Below are positions 10,898 to 23,544 of a stretch of DNA of 64,000 nucleotides, piece by piece. The stretch lies in assembly GCA_037447605.1 (NCBI GenBank), contig CM074808.1, positions 2,666,001-2,730,000 of the forward strand, written 5' to 3'. Under the pieces are notes generated by a model. That model was given only the letters and a program-made list of their open reading frames with translations. It was not told where the DNA came from and ran no database searches. The position numbers and the translations under genes are program-made. The DNA is from Zygnema circumcarinatum SAG 698-1b. Taxonomy: Eukaryota; Plantae; Zygnematophyceae. The number at the start of each line of letters is the position of its first letter. Positions within the stretch are counted from its first letter, which is position 1.

Positions 10898-13800
10898 CTA
10901 TTTTCTGGCAAAGCCCGGCGGAGCACCCCTTGTTTGCACAGCCTGGCCCACATAGACATGGCTCGGCCGGTTCGAGCCCTGCCCTGTCTGCTTCTTCTGC
11001 CACGCGTGCTTCACCGCAGCGCCGAGCCGGCCGTCGCGCAGGACAAGGTCCACGTGGCTCAAACTCATCCCGAGCATCTTCCGCAAGTGGTAGCGGTACA
11101 CGAGTTGGATGCTCCGGGAAGCCCGCGACCGCCGCAGATGGGAGCATTTGCTGCATTTATACGGGTAGGCAGGCAGTTGGTGTCAGCAGAGCAGCACTAG
11201 AAGGGAAAGGAAGGAAAGGGAATGGGAATGAAGGTGGCCAGGGATGGAGATGCATGAGAAGAACTACGAGGCCGCAAAACGAAGGGGTTGGGACTGGGAG
11301 GAAGAGCCCAGGCAGCGGGTGCACGAAATGAGGCAAATGTATGGTCACACAGACAGGTTCAAGGTATCCGTGCCAGGAAGATTGTGTGGTGAATGCAGCA
11401 GAAATCTCAAAACCGTGACTTCACAAAGGGCAGATGCTGGCAGGCAGGAAGACAGGAGGTTATCACTGACGACTTAGGTTCTATTCTGAGGCATGCTTAT
11501 CCCAAGGGGCAGAAAGACCAAGAAAGATGCGGAGTCACTAACAGTACAACATATGATCCTTGCAAAACAGCCCTCATAGCACAGTCGTGGAGACTAAGAC
11601 TTGCAGTTGACCAATTCTTCTTGCAAGAGCGAGCACGTTATGGGGTTCAGGATTGCCCAATTGAACTCATGCAGGGTCAGGCAGGAGGAGGAGGAAAAGG
11701 AAGCTGACTTTAAGGCTAGTTGAACCGCAGGACTCTGCGCAAAGTTGGTTCTAAATTGACGGCAAATGAACTCCAAGTCAGCTGCTTCCAACGTGAAGCC
11801 CTCCACATTGTCAATGCACTCAATAGTCCGTTCAGACCGAGGAAATATATCCACACGAGACCCTCCCCCCAAAGAAGAAAATCCTGCACCAACAAGAAAA
11901 GGGTCTTTGTCCATAAAAAACGATAGTATCTGATTCAACCTTGCCGATCATCTGGAAGAATCTTTGGCAATGCATGCCAGGGGGATCAAATAGAATCTGA
12001 AGAGCAATAAAGAAACGACCTGAGAGCATTGCTATGATTTCCAGCTCCATTTCACTCTTAGCCCACTTTTCCAATTTTCTCTTAGTCCAATTTTTTTCTC
12101 ACCTGTGAAGCTACGACGCATTTTTCCCATTCGATTCGACTCGTCTGCGTGCTCCAGATATGCAATAAGGAGCTCTTCTCCAAAAAACTCGCCTTCCTTG
12201 ATTTCTGCTTTGTTCAGGGCTGAAGTGCGCTTTGTGCTCCCATGCAGAGCTCCCTTTCGGACAAAGAACATTCGGTCTACAAGCTCCCCTTCCTGCACTA
12301 TTTTTGTTCCCGCTGTATAGAAGCGATGGACCATTCGCTTGCAGACCGTGTCCTTCACGGCATCATCCATGCTCTGCAGCAACTCTGACTGCGCCCCCGG
12401 ACAGAACGAGGACAAAGAGAGAGAGAAGAGAGAGAAAAGAGAGAACAAAGAGGATTGGAACATAATCGAAAGGCAATAGACAAGATTTGATATTTGGGGT
12501 GGTGTGCTGACATGCCAAAATGAATGGATTGCCCATTGGAGCAGCAATACAAAGCAACGCAGAACATGCATCTAACCTTTGTAATAAGGTCAAAACATAA
12601 GTGGCGCCGCACGTCGCGTTGTAAATCTTCTGTCAGAATGTCCAGAATCTCAGTATCTTCCACCCCTTGAGTGGCAGACCATTGAAGTCGCTCCAGTTTC
12701 CTCACGCGCCTGCGCAACAACATAGAGCGAGCACCTTCAGCAAGTTACGCAGCTTTTCTGAGAAATGAGTCTACCACCATTCCGATGCAGTGCTACTAAT
12801 TTCCGAATATGCAGTTAATGAGGCAAGCCAATACAGAAGGTGAATTGCCTCTCGCTGGCCAAAGAGAGCAACAGAGCTCACTGAGCTACAGGCAAGCTGC
12901 TAGAGGCCTAATTATCTACCGGATTGCAAAAGTATAATGAATTAGCAAGAAACCGCAAAAAATTCACAGGAAAGCTGGACCATACTTTGCAAGGTCAGGT
13001 GTCAAGTTCCTTCGATTCATCCAATTTTCCACATCCCTTCGTTGAAGTTGGTACTCAAATGTCCTGCCAATTACCGTGTTCACACATGAATCAGTTCAGA
13101 TTCAGCAGTACTGGTTCACGTAGACTGCACAGTAACTTTTGCTTCCTCATCATTGCAATTATCATTATCTGCCTTCTGCCCATTCTTGATCACTACCTCA
13201 AAGGGCGTAGAAAAAAACGTCCATAGACCATCCAGTACCTTACCTGAAACGTTGAGTGCATTTCATCCTAACAAACAAAAGGTGTTTTATGTAGATCCAA
13301 GTTCGTGTACAAAGAGAGAGACAGAGAGAGTTCAGAGAGAGAACACGAGAGAGACACGACGATTGCATCCTCCTCAATCTTGCTTCTACCTCAGATAAAG
13401 ATGCGGATATACAGTGGAAAGGTAGAACTCCCACTACATAATGGGTTCAGTGAACCAGCAGAAACTCGAAACAGCTGAACTGTACTATGGCTGTTTAATA
13501 TGAGCATATGCGCCGCATGATAAGATGCTTTAAATCTACTTACACAGCTTCAACAGATGGGCGTTCCCATCATGAAGGAATATGGATAGTATGTTCTAAT
13601 GCAGAATCAGTATCACTTTCAAGATGGAGTCAAGAAAGCTTGCAGTTCACATAGGTTCGATGAATAAGTTCAAGATGCCAATAACTTGGGCAGGTGGGTT
13701 CATTCTCAGTAGAATTGAGCGAGAAGTTCTTAGACTTGAAGTTGTTGTGGAAGATCCATCGAAAAGAAGGCCTGGTGAATTCTGAAATGTCAATTAAGAC

Positions 13801-14910
13801 CAATGTCTGCAGGGCAGCATACACTGCTATTCCATCCTTTACCTGCGAGTGAGTGACTGCAAAAAGCTCTGAATGTTGCCGATCAACACCGCAAACAGAA
13901 GAAGCCCTCCTGCTGTGATGGCCAGCATGAACAGCACTTCCGGCACAAAGTAGCTCGGCACCTGGTTGCCACCTAACGTGCTGATTTGCTGCAACCCCCA
14001 ACACCACGTTATCAGTCTGATAACTAAGGTGGAGCGGATTGGAGCATGTCGTTAGCGAGAATGAATCCTCCTCCTCCAACCTTTTGTTCGCAGATAGAAA
14101 CACTGGAACCACTACAGGGTGTAAATGGGATTTTCTGAAACCAAGATGTGCGTAAAATGAAGAGTTCAAAAGCAACGGAGAAAATAAGACAAAATAAGTG
14201 CGGGAGTTAGACATAAGGACAAGGAAATGGGGAAATGAGTGGGAAGAGAGAAGGAAAGAAAATGCTCACAGTGAATCCCCACTGCAACGCATAAAGGTAC
14301 TTATTGACAGGTTGTCCATACAGAGCCAAAGGAATCGCTCGCCCGAAAATTCCGTAGTCAAAGGTTGATGGAGCATTGAAGGACCATACACAGTCATTGA
14401 CAATCGCACCAGATGAAATCCATTGTTGTTGGAGTTCTCCGATTAAAGTGTCGGTAGAAGGGCAATTGAGCAATGAGTAATCGCAGGGAATCGAAGTCTG
14501 ATGGTTAGAGCGATAACAGCTGCTGTGAGCACATTGGTCCCATCGCTGCGGCACATCCAGCATATGCTCAGTTAGGGCACAGAACCAAAATGTCAACAAC
14601 CAAAAAAACTACCCTTTTCTATGTACTCATCATCATCTACCTAACTAATGAAAAAGGAACAGTTTCCATGTCATTAAATTCTTTACAAAAATCTTTGCGG
14701 TTAGCTTCTGAAACACCAGTTACAGTAACGCTGCTTCATCAAAGCCAACTTAGCGATGAACTTAAAGACACTTTCAAACCCTTCTGCAAAACACAAGGAG
14801 CAGCACTTTTATCTGGCAGACAGCATGATGGACGTGTCAGAGGAGGGCAAAGCACAAGCAAGAAAATATCAGGCAAGATCAAGTTGAAATGTAAGAAAGA
14901 GAGAGAGGAC

Positions 14911-14941
<31 letters not shown>

Positions 14942-17392
14942 GACTCTACCTGCAATCCACCAAGATACCAGAGAGATCCGACGACGTGTGACGACATAAC
15001 GTACATAACCAGATTGATAAAGAAACTCGCCCATGCCGACTCGAACAATAGCCCTGCAGCCCCTGAACCCTGAAGGAGAGGATAGCATCGCATGATGCGT
15101 GGAATGTACTGCATGAGAACGCTCACGCGAAGGACGCTCGAGCCCAGAGTGGCCGGACCGTTCCCCACTGCCGGTATGACGGCAAGTGACATTATCTGTC
15201 CATAGATGAGCAACACGCGGTCAGCCTGCAGGTAATCGATTCATACAAATGGAACACTAGCGCTGGCAGAACATTTTGTGAAGCAGGAACAAGATTCTCC
15301 AGAGTAGCGGACGCAACACTGCCCTAAGCTAACTGCTGCTTAGTGACCCACTCACAAAGAAGAACTAATCCTAGATATTAAGGCTTTTTTTCCTTTCTCC
15401 CCACGGCTTTCAGCAGTGTCCAACATGACTGCAGGTACGACACACACTGCCAAAAGTTTATGGAAACAGAAGCTCACCTGAGGCACAGGAAGGAGACCAA
15501 ACAAGTCATGTATAAACCAGCTCTTTAAATAATTGGCCTGAATTTCTTTCAGGTCATAAACCCAAGCTCCTGGGTCCACAGCTGCTTTCGAAGGGCCCAA
15601 CCAATAGAAACGTCTCTGGGGGCCTGCCGGTATTCTATAGGCCAATCGGAACTGAAACAACCAGAAAACAGAGAGGGGATAAGTTTCACCAGCGGCCGAA
15701 AAAAACGGAAAATCAAATGACCGTAATAGAACCGTTGCGGACACTGATTGGGGCTACCATCAATCTTCTTTGACAAGCTAAAGGTGTCCCAAAGACTCGA
15801 TACAATATCCAATGAAATACGACCCAAACACTTCAAGACAGTTTATGAACTAAGCCCTCACAGCGACGGACATGAGAGATGTTCTCTGCAACGTGGCAGT
15901 AAACAGCAAGTGGCCGGACAGAGTCAGGACTACTGTACCTGCACCAGCATGTGCAGGAAATAGAAGAAATCAAAGCAGGTCCTCATCACGACCAAGAGGT
16001 ACAGGTACTCCCAGTCAGTGTCTACACAAAGCTTCTCCTGCCAGTGTTTAGGGGAAAGATATTAGCCGCACATAGAAAAACCTTTTCATCACATTGATCC
16101 ACGTCGTTTATCCAAGCAACTGCGTTTACCTAAGCAGACCACATAGACGAAGTAAATTGGGATGAACATACGTGTCATAATGTCAATCAGTCCGGCTGAA
16201 GCGTGAAGATTAAAGCCAGTGAAGTGGAGCATATATACAAGGAAGCAGCCGCTTGGGCCACCCCACCCCCTCTACAGTCTTCACTCAAGTAACTTCACTC
16301 AACTACGTGTACTCATAAGGTGTTACTTTCTGGTTGGTAACAGACTCGAGAAAAGTGGACAGCAGTTTACTTTATTAATGCCTGGAACAAAGAAGAATAG
16401 GGGATCCACGGCAAAAGCAAGAAACATTGTTGTCACGAATATTCGGTTCCAATTCATCATAAAAGAGCTCGTGGGGTTGATCCCGACAAATTGATATCCG
16501 CCATCAGGAAGGGGCTTCTTCGGAGGTTGCACAAGCTCCTTCAAAACTTCGAAAGTTTCCAAGGTTCGATCCCAAATGTACTTCGGTCGCATCACCTGGT
16601 CGATAAAATTCATGAGCCAGATGTCAGCCACCAGCGTGCATGATGGCTGGCTGCTATAGAGCTGAAGCACATCTGCTAAATGATTTTGTTAAAATTCGTC
16701 AACTGAAACATCAGCACTCTTAAAATCCCAGAATCCTCGAAGTTACTAGTGCCGCTTACCCTACATGAGCGTCGCGTTGCAACACATTTCCCTGACAAAA
16801 ATTTGACAACAAGGATGCCAAGCATCACTTGACCATTCCAAATGATAATCTGCTCTATGTCCAATGTATACATCACCTTTCCAATGTGCTTAAACAATTT
16901 AAGCGCGGACATGCTTTCATCCTCCTCGTCATCCGAATCATCCAACCCTTCCAACTCCTCCCGCAGTGTAGACCTCGGCGTGTCAGCCTGGTTCCTCCTC
17001 CTCATCGTAGGAGACTCCTTCATCCTTCTCAGCTGGTGAAACTCCGGCGGACACGTGGTGCAGTTCGGATCCCTGCACTGCACCAGCGACAGCGAGAGAT
17101 TCTGTGGAGCATGAAGCCGCGCCGGCTTCCCCGGCTGTGGCAGCTCCGGCACATTCACAATGGCATCAAACCCGTTAAACTGCACCGCTGCAGGGACTGT
17201 GTCGCCGTCCGGAGAGGCTCCTCCCGCCTGCGAGTCCGGCATGTCGGCCCGCAGCGGGACCACATCAGAGCGCCCCGAGGTGCCCACTGTCTCGGAGGTA
17301 TCCTGCGATATCTCCGAGTCGGATTGCCGGTCATCTTCATCGTATGCGGGCGGCGGTCCTGCTGCAAACGCCGTCCACCTTCCGCCTTGCAT
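10898..17392 (-). CDS. CNGC: Cyclic nucleotide-gated cation channel, group IVA (CNGC19/20-like), multi-exon
   Basis: N-terminal QCRDPNCTTCP motif, WNRIF...AVDPLFFF, FQFRLAY, AWASFFINL...HVVGSLWYL, pore QISTLGGNQVPSYF, IGNIQSFLQSL, RRDVENWMNRR, CNBD (GEFFGEELL; VEGFTLEAADLEFI) and an IQ-like ASRSIQLVYRYH. The exons join in frame. Confidence 0.93.
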
Positions 17393-18753
17393 GGCGGCCT
17401 CAGAATTCCGCTCCCCGCTCCCCTCCTCTCCTCTCTCCACTCCCCCTCCCACACCCTCACCCTCTCCAGTCTCCCTCCGCTTGGAACTCCGCTGACTAAT
17501 GACGAGGACAGTTGCTTTTGTGGCGCGGTACTCCCTTGGGGATAGCAGTATATCCCTTAGGCGGACGCTCAGAGTCAGGTACATCGAGCCCGGCCACGAC
17601 GCAGTGCTGGATTGGTCGTGGCCGATCAGGATTACTATTCACCATCGTCAGATTTTCTGATCCGGACCGTCCATCGCACTCTCGGGGACGCCGACCGCCT
17701 CCGACCCAGTCGCTGGGGGTCGGCGGCAGTCGTCGGCCGTACGGCCGCGATCCATGCGCAGAACGACGGAACGGCGGTTACGACAACCTCGCACGTGCGG
17801 GAGTCAAGGCATGCTGAGCTGCCGCACGGCCATTCGCTGCTGCGAGAAATGAAAAAAATAATGCGCTGAAGTGCCACGTGACGACGAGCGTGGCCGCGTG
17901 GCACGCTGCCGTTGGTCTGGCCGCCGGCCGGCAGTCGCGGTCAAATACCGGAGTCGCCGGCGGCAGGCGCAGACGGCAGCGCGACCGCCGGTCACGGCCG
18001 GCAGGGCGCGGCGAGGGGGGGGGCCCGTGAAGTGCGGCGACGGCGGCACGTGTCACATATCGACGGCGGAGATGGCGGGCTGCAGGGTCTGGTGCCGTAC
18101 GGTACGGCAGGGAGGGAGGGAGGGAGGCAGCATGGCAGGAGGGAGGAAGGGGCCTGCCTGGCCGGAGGCGGGCAGGCGGCATTATGGCGCCGCAGGGAGG
18201 GAGAGAGGGAGGAACGAGGGGGAAACGATGGGGCGTGCTTGCGGGTGCGGGAGCTTGCTGACAAACTAAGGGGAAAAGAGGCACTTCATAGGCAGGTTGA
18301 GCAGCGAGTGTGGCAAGAGGCATCCTTAAAATTGTGTGTAATGCGTGCTAACTGCATTTGAGATTCGCTTTTTTTCACCACTCAAACGTTTGATGTAAGG
18401 CTGATTCTGGCCGACTTTAATGGGCATACATGGGAAATAAAATAACAAATTTTGAAGGTTAAGTGGAAGTGAAATTTACATAAGGTCCGAATCTCGTTGA
18501 CCAGGACTTTTTCAGCCAAAACTGGTCTGAAATGGTATAAAATGAATTGCTACGCCAATCGCAGTTACTCTTCTCGTTCCTTAAAGCTCTCAGCGGGGCC
18601 TCCATGAGCACTTCAAAACCATAGGCGACTCAAACAGCAAGCCAATGCCATCAGGATTCAACGCCGAACTGACTTCAATGAGCAACAGCGAGCGGTAATT
18701 ATTTCGCCAAAGCTCTGGCTAACCCTACAACCACAAATGGAAGCTGTAAATTA

Positions 18754-21007
18754 CTATTTGGTCGTGCCACCATCAGATACCAGAGAGGGAGGTCTTTGGT
18801 GTATAACTTCATCTACAAGGCCAAACTCTAAAGCCTCCAAAGGCGACATAAAACGATCTCTCTCCATTGTTGCCGCTGCATCATCACCCACCCCAGCAAG
18901 AGAGTTCCATCAGATAGTCACCGGGAAACAAAGCAAAGAAGTCAACAAAAGGAAAGCAGCGACCTCCTTCCAACGACTATTTAACAGAAGGCATAATTTA
19001 ATGATGAGCAGGGCACTTGTTGGCTCGTTAACTTTCTCCCATTTTTTCTTGCAAGCACTAGAGCCCAATCATATGCCGAAGAGTTCAGTCAAACGAACTG
19101 CCTCACAGCCAGTCTTGATGCACAGTCACAAGCGCTCCTTCCAAATGCACTTCCAAATTCACTTCCAAATGCACTTCCAAATGCACTTCCAAATGCACTT
19201 CCAAATTCACTTCCAAATTCACTTCCAAATTCACTTCCAAATGCACTTCCAAATGCACTTCCAAATGCATATGCTTACAGATGAGTTCCACTGGTTTTCT
19301 AGTGTGGAGGGCGTAGAGCTCATTCAAACGCTCTCGCGTTCTGATAATCTCTTGCGCGTGAATTTGGACGTCGGTCGCTTGGCCGCTCGCGCCCCCCGAC
19401 GGCTGATGCACCATCAGCCGCGCATTGGGCAAGGACCGCCTCTCCCCCCTTTCTCCCGCTGCTAGGAGGAGGGTGGCCATAGACGCTGCCTGGCCTACGC
19501 AGAGGGTTCGTATTGGGCAGCGAATGTACTGTATACACATCCAAAACAAGGTAAATGCCCAAAACAGTAAAATCAGTGCAGACTTTCAGACTCCAGACAG
19601 GTGAGGGAGGAGCAACCCAGTTTCACTGTCCTAAGGCAAGCACATGTCGTAATAGCAAGTTTCAGTCGAATAGAAGTAACATGCCAAAAAAAACACAGAC
19701 TATTGCTTGATACATGCGTCCAATGTCTACTCGAGCAGGGCAAGAAAGGGGCTTTTCTACAATACGGCCTTTTCAATACTTGGAGCATCAATGCTGCAAT
19801 TTGTAACAAACTATATGCCAATGGCTAGAACATACAATACAGCAACCTGCTGCAACTAGCTAGATTGGAAATGAATTTTTTCTACAATACTGTAAATCTG
19901 GCAGAAGAGCTGACTAGCCAACCGATATTCTATCACCCAGGCTAAACCTCTTGCCCAAACGAGAACACACAAATTGCTGCAAATTTTGTAGTTTTGAACA
20001 CACGAACGAATTAATAAACGAAAAACAAACAATAAGAGAAACTACAACACCAACAGTGAGCCATGGAATTGAAGAACAAAACGGAATGAAAGTTGGCTAA
20101 TTGACAAGTTTTGTCCATTGTGTCACACCATGAAATGCACGAAGCTAAAATTTGAATATGTACCCCTTGAAAGGAGCATCATAAGGTTTAATCATGGGGT
20201 ACTTCGCAGCATTGCTTAACCAATTAGCAACCACCCCACTATGGGTTTCCCAATTACATGACATTGCAAAAGTGAGTGCATTGTTTAAGAGCACACCTGC
20301 ATCGTATCGTAGATTGCCAAACCAGCAGTCACTAAGCCTCCAGGAGAATTGATGTACAAGCTTATCTGAAGATTTTTCACCCACGCAGTAACTTGCCAAT
20401 GAGGACAACTCAAAGTAACTTGCCATTGAGGATAACTCAACAAGAAAACGCCCAAAGTAAAGTGTGAGATGGATGAATGGCATTGAGGATTATTAGCGAA
20501 ATTCACAATTTAAGTTCATAGTGAGAACCAAAAGGGATCTCTTGGTGCCAACAGTGTGGTATGCAGGTAGACAAAGAATGTAGCTGTAGTTATTCAAAAT
20601 GAAATGCAAAGACTTCTTCATGTGACAAAGATGCATGCAGCGAGCTAATCATCCAGGTTAGAGCAGCCCACCGGCTTATCTGGATGCTCCGATTCAAGAT
20701 ATAGGAGCTGCGCAACTACAAGAGAGGCCGTCTCATCGGCTATGCCGCCATTGATGATCACGATGCGCTCCTTCAAGAGGCGCGAGTAGATGTCGAATGC
20801 ACGTTCTCCTCTTGACGTCTGCTCCACCACCATGGGCACCAGGTTGAAGCTGCGCCAGCTCCTCCGCCATGGCTGAGTACTGCCATGTTCTTCCCCAAGC
20901 TCCGCCAAGGGCAGAAATGGATGCTGAGAAGAGAGAGCAGTCAGGGGGCTAAGACAGGGGGCTGTGAGGCGCCTGCGCAGAGCGCGAGAGAGCAAGCTTG
21001 CAGCCAT
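18754..21007 (-). CDS. CLPP: ATP-dependent Clp protease proteolytic subunit, mitochondrial ClpP2 type
   Basis: Exons encode a presequence plus [58 protein letters not shown] (catalytic Ser), LMVHQPSGG (His) and MERDRFMSP (Asp). The stop codon is at 18754-18756. Confidence 0.95.
19139..19270. repeat. 12-bp tandem repeat (TTCCAAAT[G/T]CAC) x11 at the 5' end of the last ClpP intron
   Basis: Eleven units counted directly. The array begins 8 nt after the GT donor at 19278. Confidence 0.95.
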
Positions 21008-21167
21008 GGCGCAGAGCAGACGGTAGGAAAGGAGGGCGTGCAGGATACGGATCTCCCCGGCTGGCCGTGCAGAATATCACTCATATCCGCATGTTTCCCC
21101 ACTGAATTGGGATTGGAGGCCTGGCCCGCCGGGGGGTGGGGGCGGGGGGGGGGGGGGNNNNNNNNNN

Positions 21168-21206
<39 letters not shown>

Positions 21207-21585
21207 AACAACCGTGAATATCGTATCGTATCGTATCGTTCCCACGTTGCCAAGGTCGTCGTCCTCCGTCCGCCGTTGCGTTACAAGCGACGACGCAAAG
21301 TGACAACGGATTCACGCCTGCGAGAGGGCGCGGGAATTCGTGGTTTCGAGGACAGCCGCGAGGACGTCACGTGGCGCGCAGGCGGTGCCTGAAAATTTCG
21401 TCCGTGGCCGCATCGCGTCCGCACAGTGTGCGTGAGAGCGCAATCGACGGCTCTGCTTCGCCTGTTGCGGTTCGGAATAAACATGTAATTCCCGCGTTCG
21501 AAACCGGGCACTTTTTGTACGCCTGCCGTACCGCGATAAGAATCTGCTCCGGGCCTAAAACCGCGGCCAAAAGTCTGCGAAACCA

Positions 21586-22937
21586 AGAAACCGTGCCCCC
21601 TACGTCAGCGTACCACGTCTCGTCACGTCACGTCACGGCCGGGGCCGGGACGGTGACGGCTCACACGGAAATCACATGGGAAGGCGCACAGTCCGTACTG
21701 TTCGTACCATTCAAGCTTTCCGTACAGGGGAACCCCATGTTATTTTCGGGAAAATGATACAGCGGCCCCACTCTTTGGATATCAGCGCCCCCTTTTGGGA
21801 AAAATTGTACTTTTTTTTTTGGCTAATCACCCCCTCCCTTGGATCTTTCGGGAGGAGAGATCTTGTAGACAATCGGACCCCGCGCCTCGCGCGCAGGATC
21901 CGACCGTGCACCGACGTACGGCGCCGCGCATCGCGGCGTGGCCCCCGAGATGCGGCGAGCCTACGGAAACGTTGTCCTCACCCTTTTGGGTCAGAGGTTG
22001 CCACGTGGCAGTCTGCCATTGGACAGCCCTGCTGCCGGTCCCCCATGCCGATACAGTGGACCCCCATAATATTTTCGCCATGGTTTCGGCAAATACTGGG
22101 CGAAAATATTGTAATTTGCAAATATAAGGTCCGTGTTACCAATAGGCGAGCGGTATTATGTTAGAGTTCATGTCTGTTCGTACGTATCGTATCGTATCGT
22201 GATTTAGATACACGAGCTCCTATTGGTGCCGTACGTATACCGTACGACTTAGAGATTTTATTCGTACTTACCGTACAGCGTAAAAGCGTGACCCATGTTT
22301 GAAATCCGTTTCGATAAACAGATTTTGTATTGGAGAATAGGTCAGGTTAGGTTAACACCCCTAATACGTTAACATTGAGTTACCGTACAAAAAGGTGGTT
22401 TCGGCAAAATCGGGGCGAATTTCTTGGGGACGCACTGTACAAGGTGGAAAATATTATGGTGGTCCACTGTATCGGCATGGGGGACCGGCAGCAGGGCTGT
22501 CCAATGGCAGACTGCCACGTGGCAACCTCTGACCCAAAAGGGTGAGGACAACGTTTCCGTAGGCTCGCCGCATCTCGGGGGCCACGCCGCGATGCGCGGC
22601 GCCGTACGTCGGTGCACGGTCGGATCCTGCGCGCGAGGCGCGGGGTCCGATTGTCTACAAGATCTCTCCTCCCGAAAGATCCAAGGGAGGGGGTGATTAG
22701 CCAAAAAAAAAAGTACAATTTTTCCCAAAAGGGGGCGCTGATATCCAAAGAGTGGGGCCGCTGTATCATTTTCCCGAAAATAACATGGGGTTCCCCTGTA
22801 CGGAAAGCTTGAATGGTACGAACAGTACGGACTGTGCGCCTTCCCATGTGATTTCCGTGTGAGCCGTCACCGTCCCGGCCCCGGCCGTGACGTGACGTGA
22901 CGAGACGTGGTACGCTGACGTAGGGGGCACGGTTTCT
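21586..22937. repeat. Long inverted repeat: 491-bp arms (21586-22076 and 22447-22937) around a 370-bp spacer
   Basis: The arms are reverse complements with one mismatch seen (GACCCCCATA vs GACCACCATA). The right arm ends at an N gap. Duplicate ORF translations on opposite strands confirm the repeat. Confidence 0.9.
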
Positions 22938-22960
22938 NNNNNNNNNNTATGCCTCTTCCG

Positions 22961-23477
22961 TGTCACGGATCAACGGGATCCAGGAGCTGCCAACGGAGAT
23001 TGAGAGTAGGCGGCGCCATGCGTTGGCGGCCCACGGAACGGCACACCATCCAGCAAGGCGCACTCGGAAGCGCCGCAAGATGCCGCCGATAATCATTCGT
23101 TGACCTATCCGAAGGCTCCACGTAGTCAGTCAGGCCTCTCAGTGGGCAGTTAGCCAATCAGAGGCTGTCACTGCTAGGACTCAAGATCTATTGTCAGAAT
23201 TAAGTAGATGGGATGTCAGTGATGCTTCTTTGTCTTTTAGTGCTGGGCTTAGTATTTGTATTTGCTGTGTGGTTTGTTGTCTTGTTCTTCTTTCTTCTTT
23301 GCCTTCCTCTTCAGTTACAGCAACAGATGCTAAGTAAGAGAGAGAGAGAGAGAGAGAGTTCCATGCCATAGATAGAAAGAGAGAGGAGAAGAGTCTTCTT
23401 GCTGATAGCATTTAGACGTCCCATTCAGCCCAGCTAGACAAAGATTTCAGTGAGAAGACAATTTCATTGTAATGACA
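22961..23477 (+). repeat. 5' LTR (TGTCA...TGACA), 517 bp, containing a CCAAT motif and (GA)n
   Basis: 5-bp inverted termini TGTCA/TGACA. Positions 23150-23534 match 29333-29717 with about 15 substitutions (about 12 inside the LTR part) and one AG-unit indel. Confidence 0.75.
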
Positions 23478-23544
23478 TTCCCCAGCCAACCGCTGGCTGG
23501 GGTGAGTTTCCAAGATACAACCTTTATCTAAGTTNNNNNNNNNN

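Noticed and set aside
14909-14940. (GA)n microsatellites here and at about 12420, 13315, 23337, 29522, 44625 and 51085
   Set aside because: Ordinary simple repeats in introns, UTRs and LTRs.
16563-16573. GGTTCGATCCC tRNA T-loop motif
   Set aside because: It lies inside a CNGC coding exon, with no acceptor, D or anticodon arms.
16829-18361. Many overlapping GC-rich ORFs antisense to or upstream of CNGC
   Set aside because: These are shadow frames of GC-rich coding or promoter DNA with no recognisable domains.
18737-19465. 242-aa + strand ORF with HFQM/HFQI repeats
   Set aside because: It is antisense to ClpP exons and is kept open by the stop-free 12-bp repeat.
21131-21205. Poly-G / poly-A junction, and the poly-C tract at 32380-32430
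   Set aside because: These homopolymers abut gaps and are probably sequencing drop-outs of unknown true length.
22956-22960. TTCCG / TTCCC as a target-site duplication of the retrotransposon
   Set aside because: TTCCC also follows the first LTR, so it is element-internal sequence rather than a flank.
20885-23096. ORFs crossing N gaps (20885-21217, 20941-21315, 22380-23096, 23450 start)
   Set aside because: They are joined across unknown sequence and homopolymers, so they are artefacts of the placeholder Ns.
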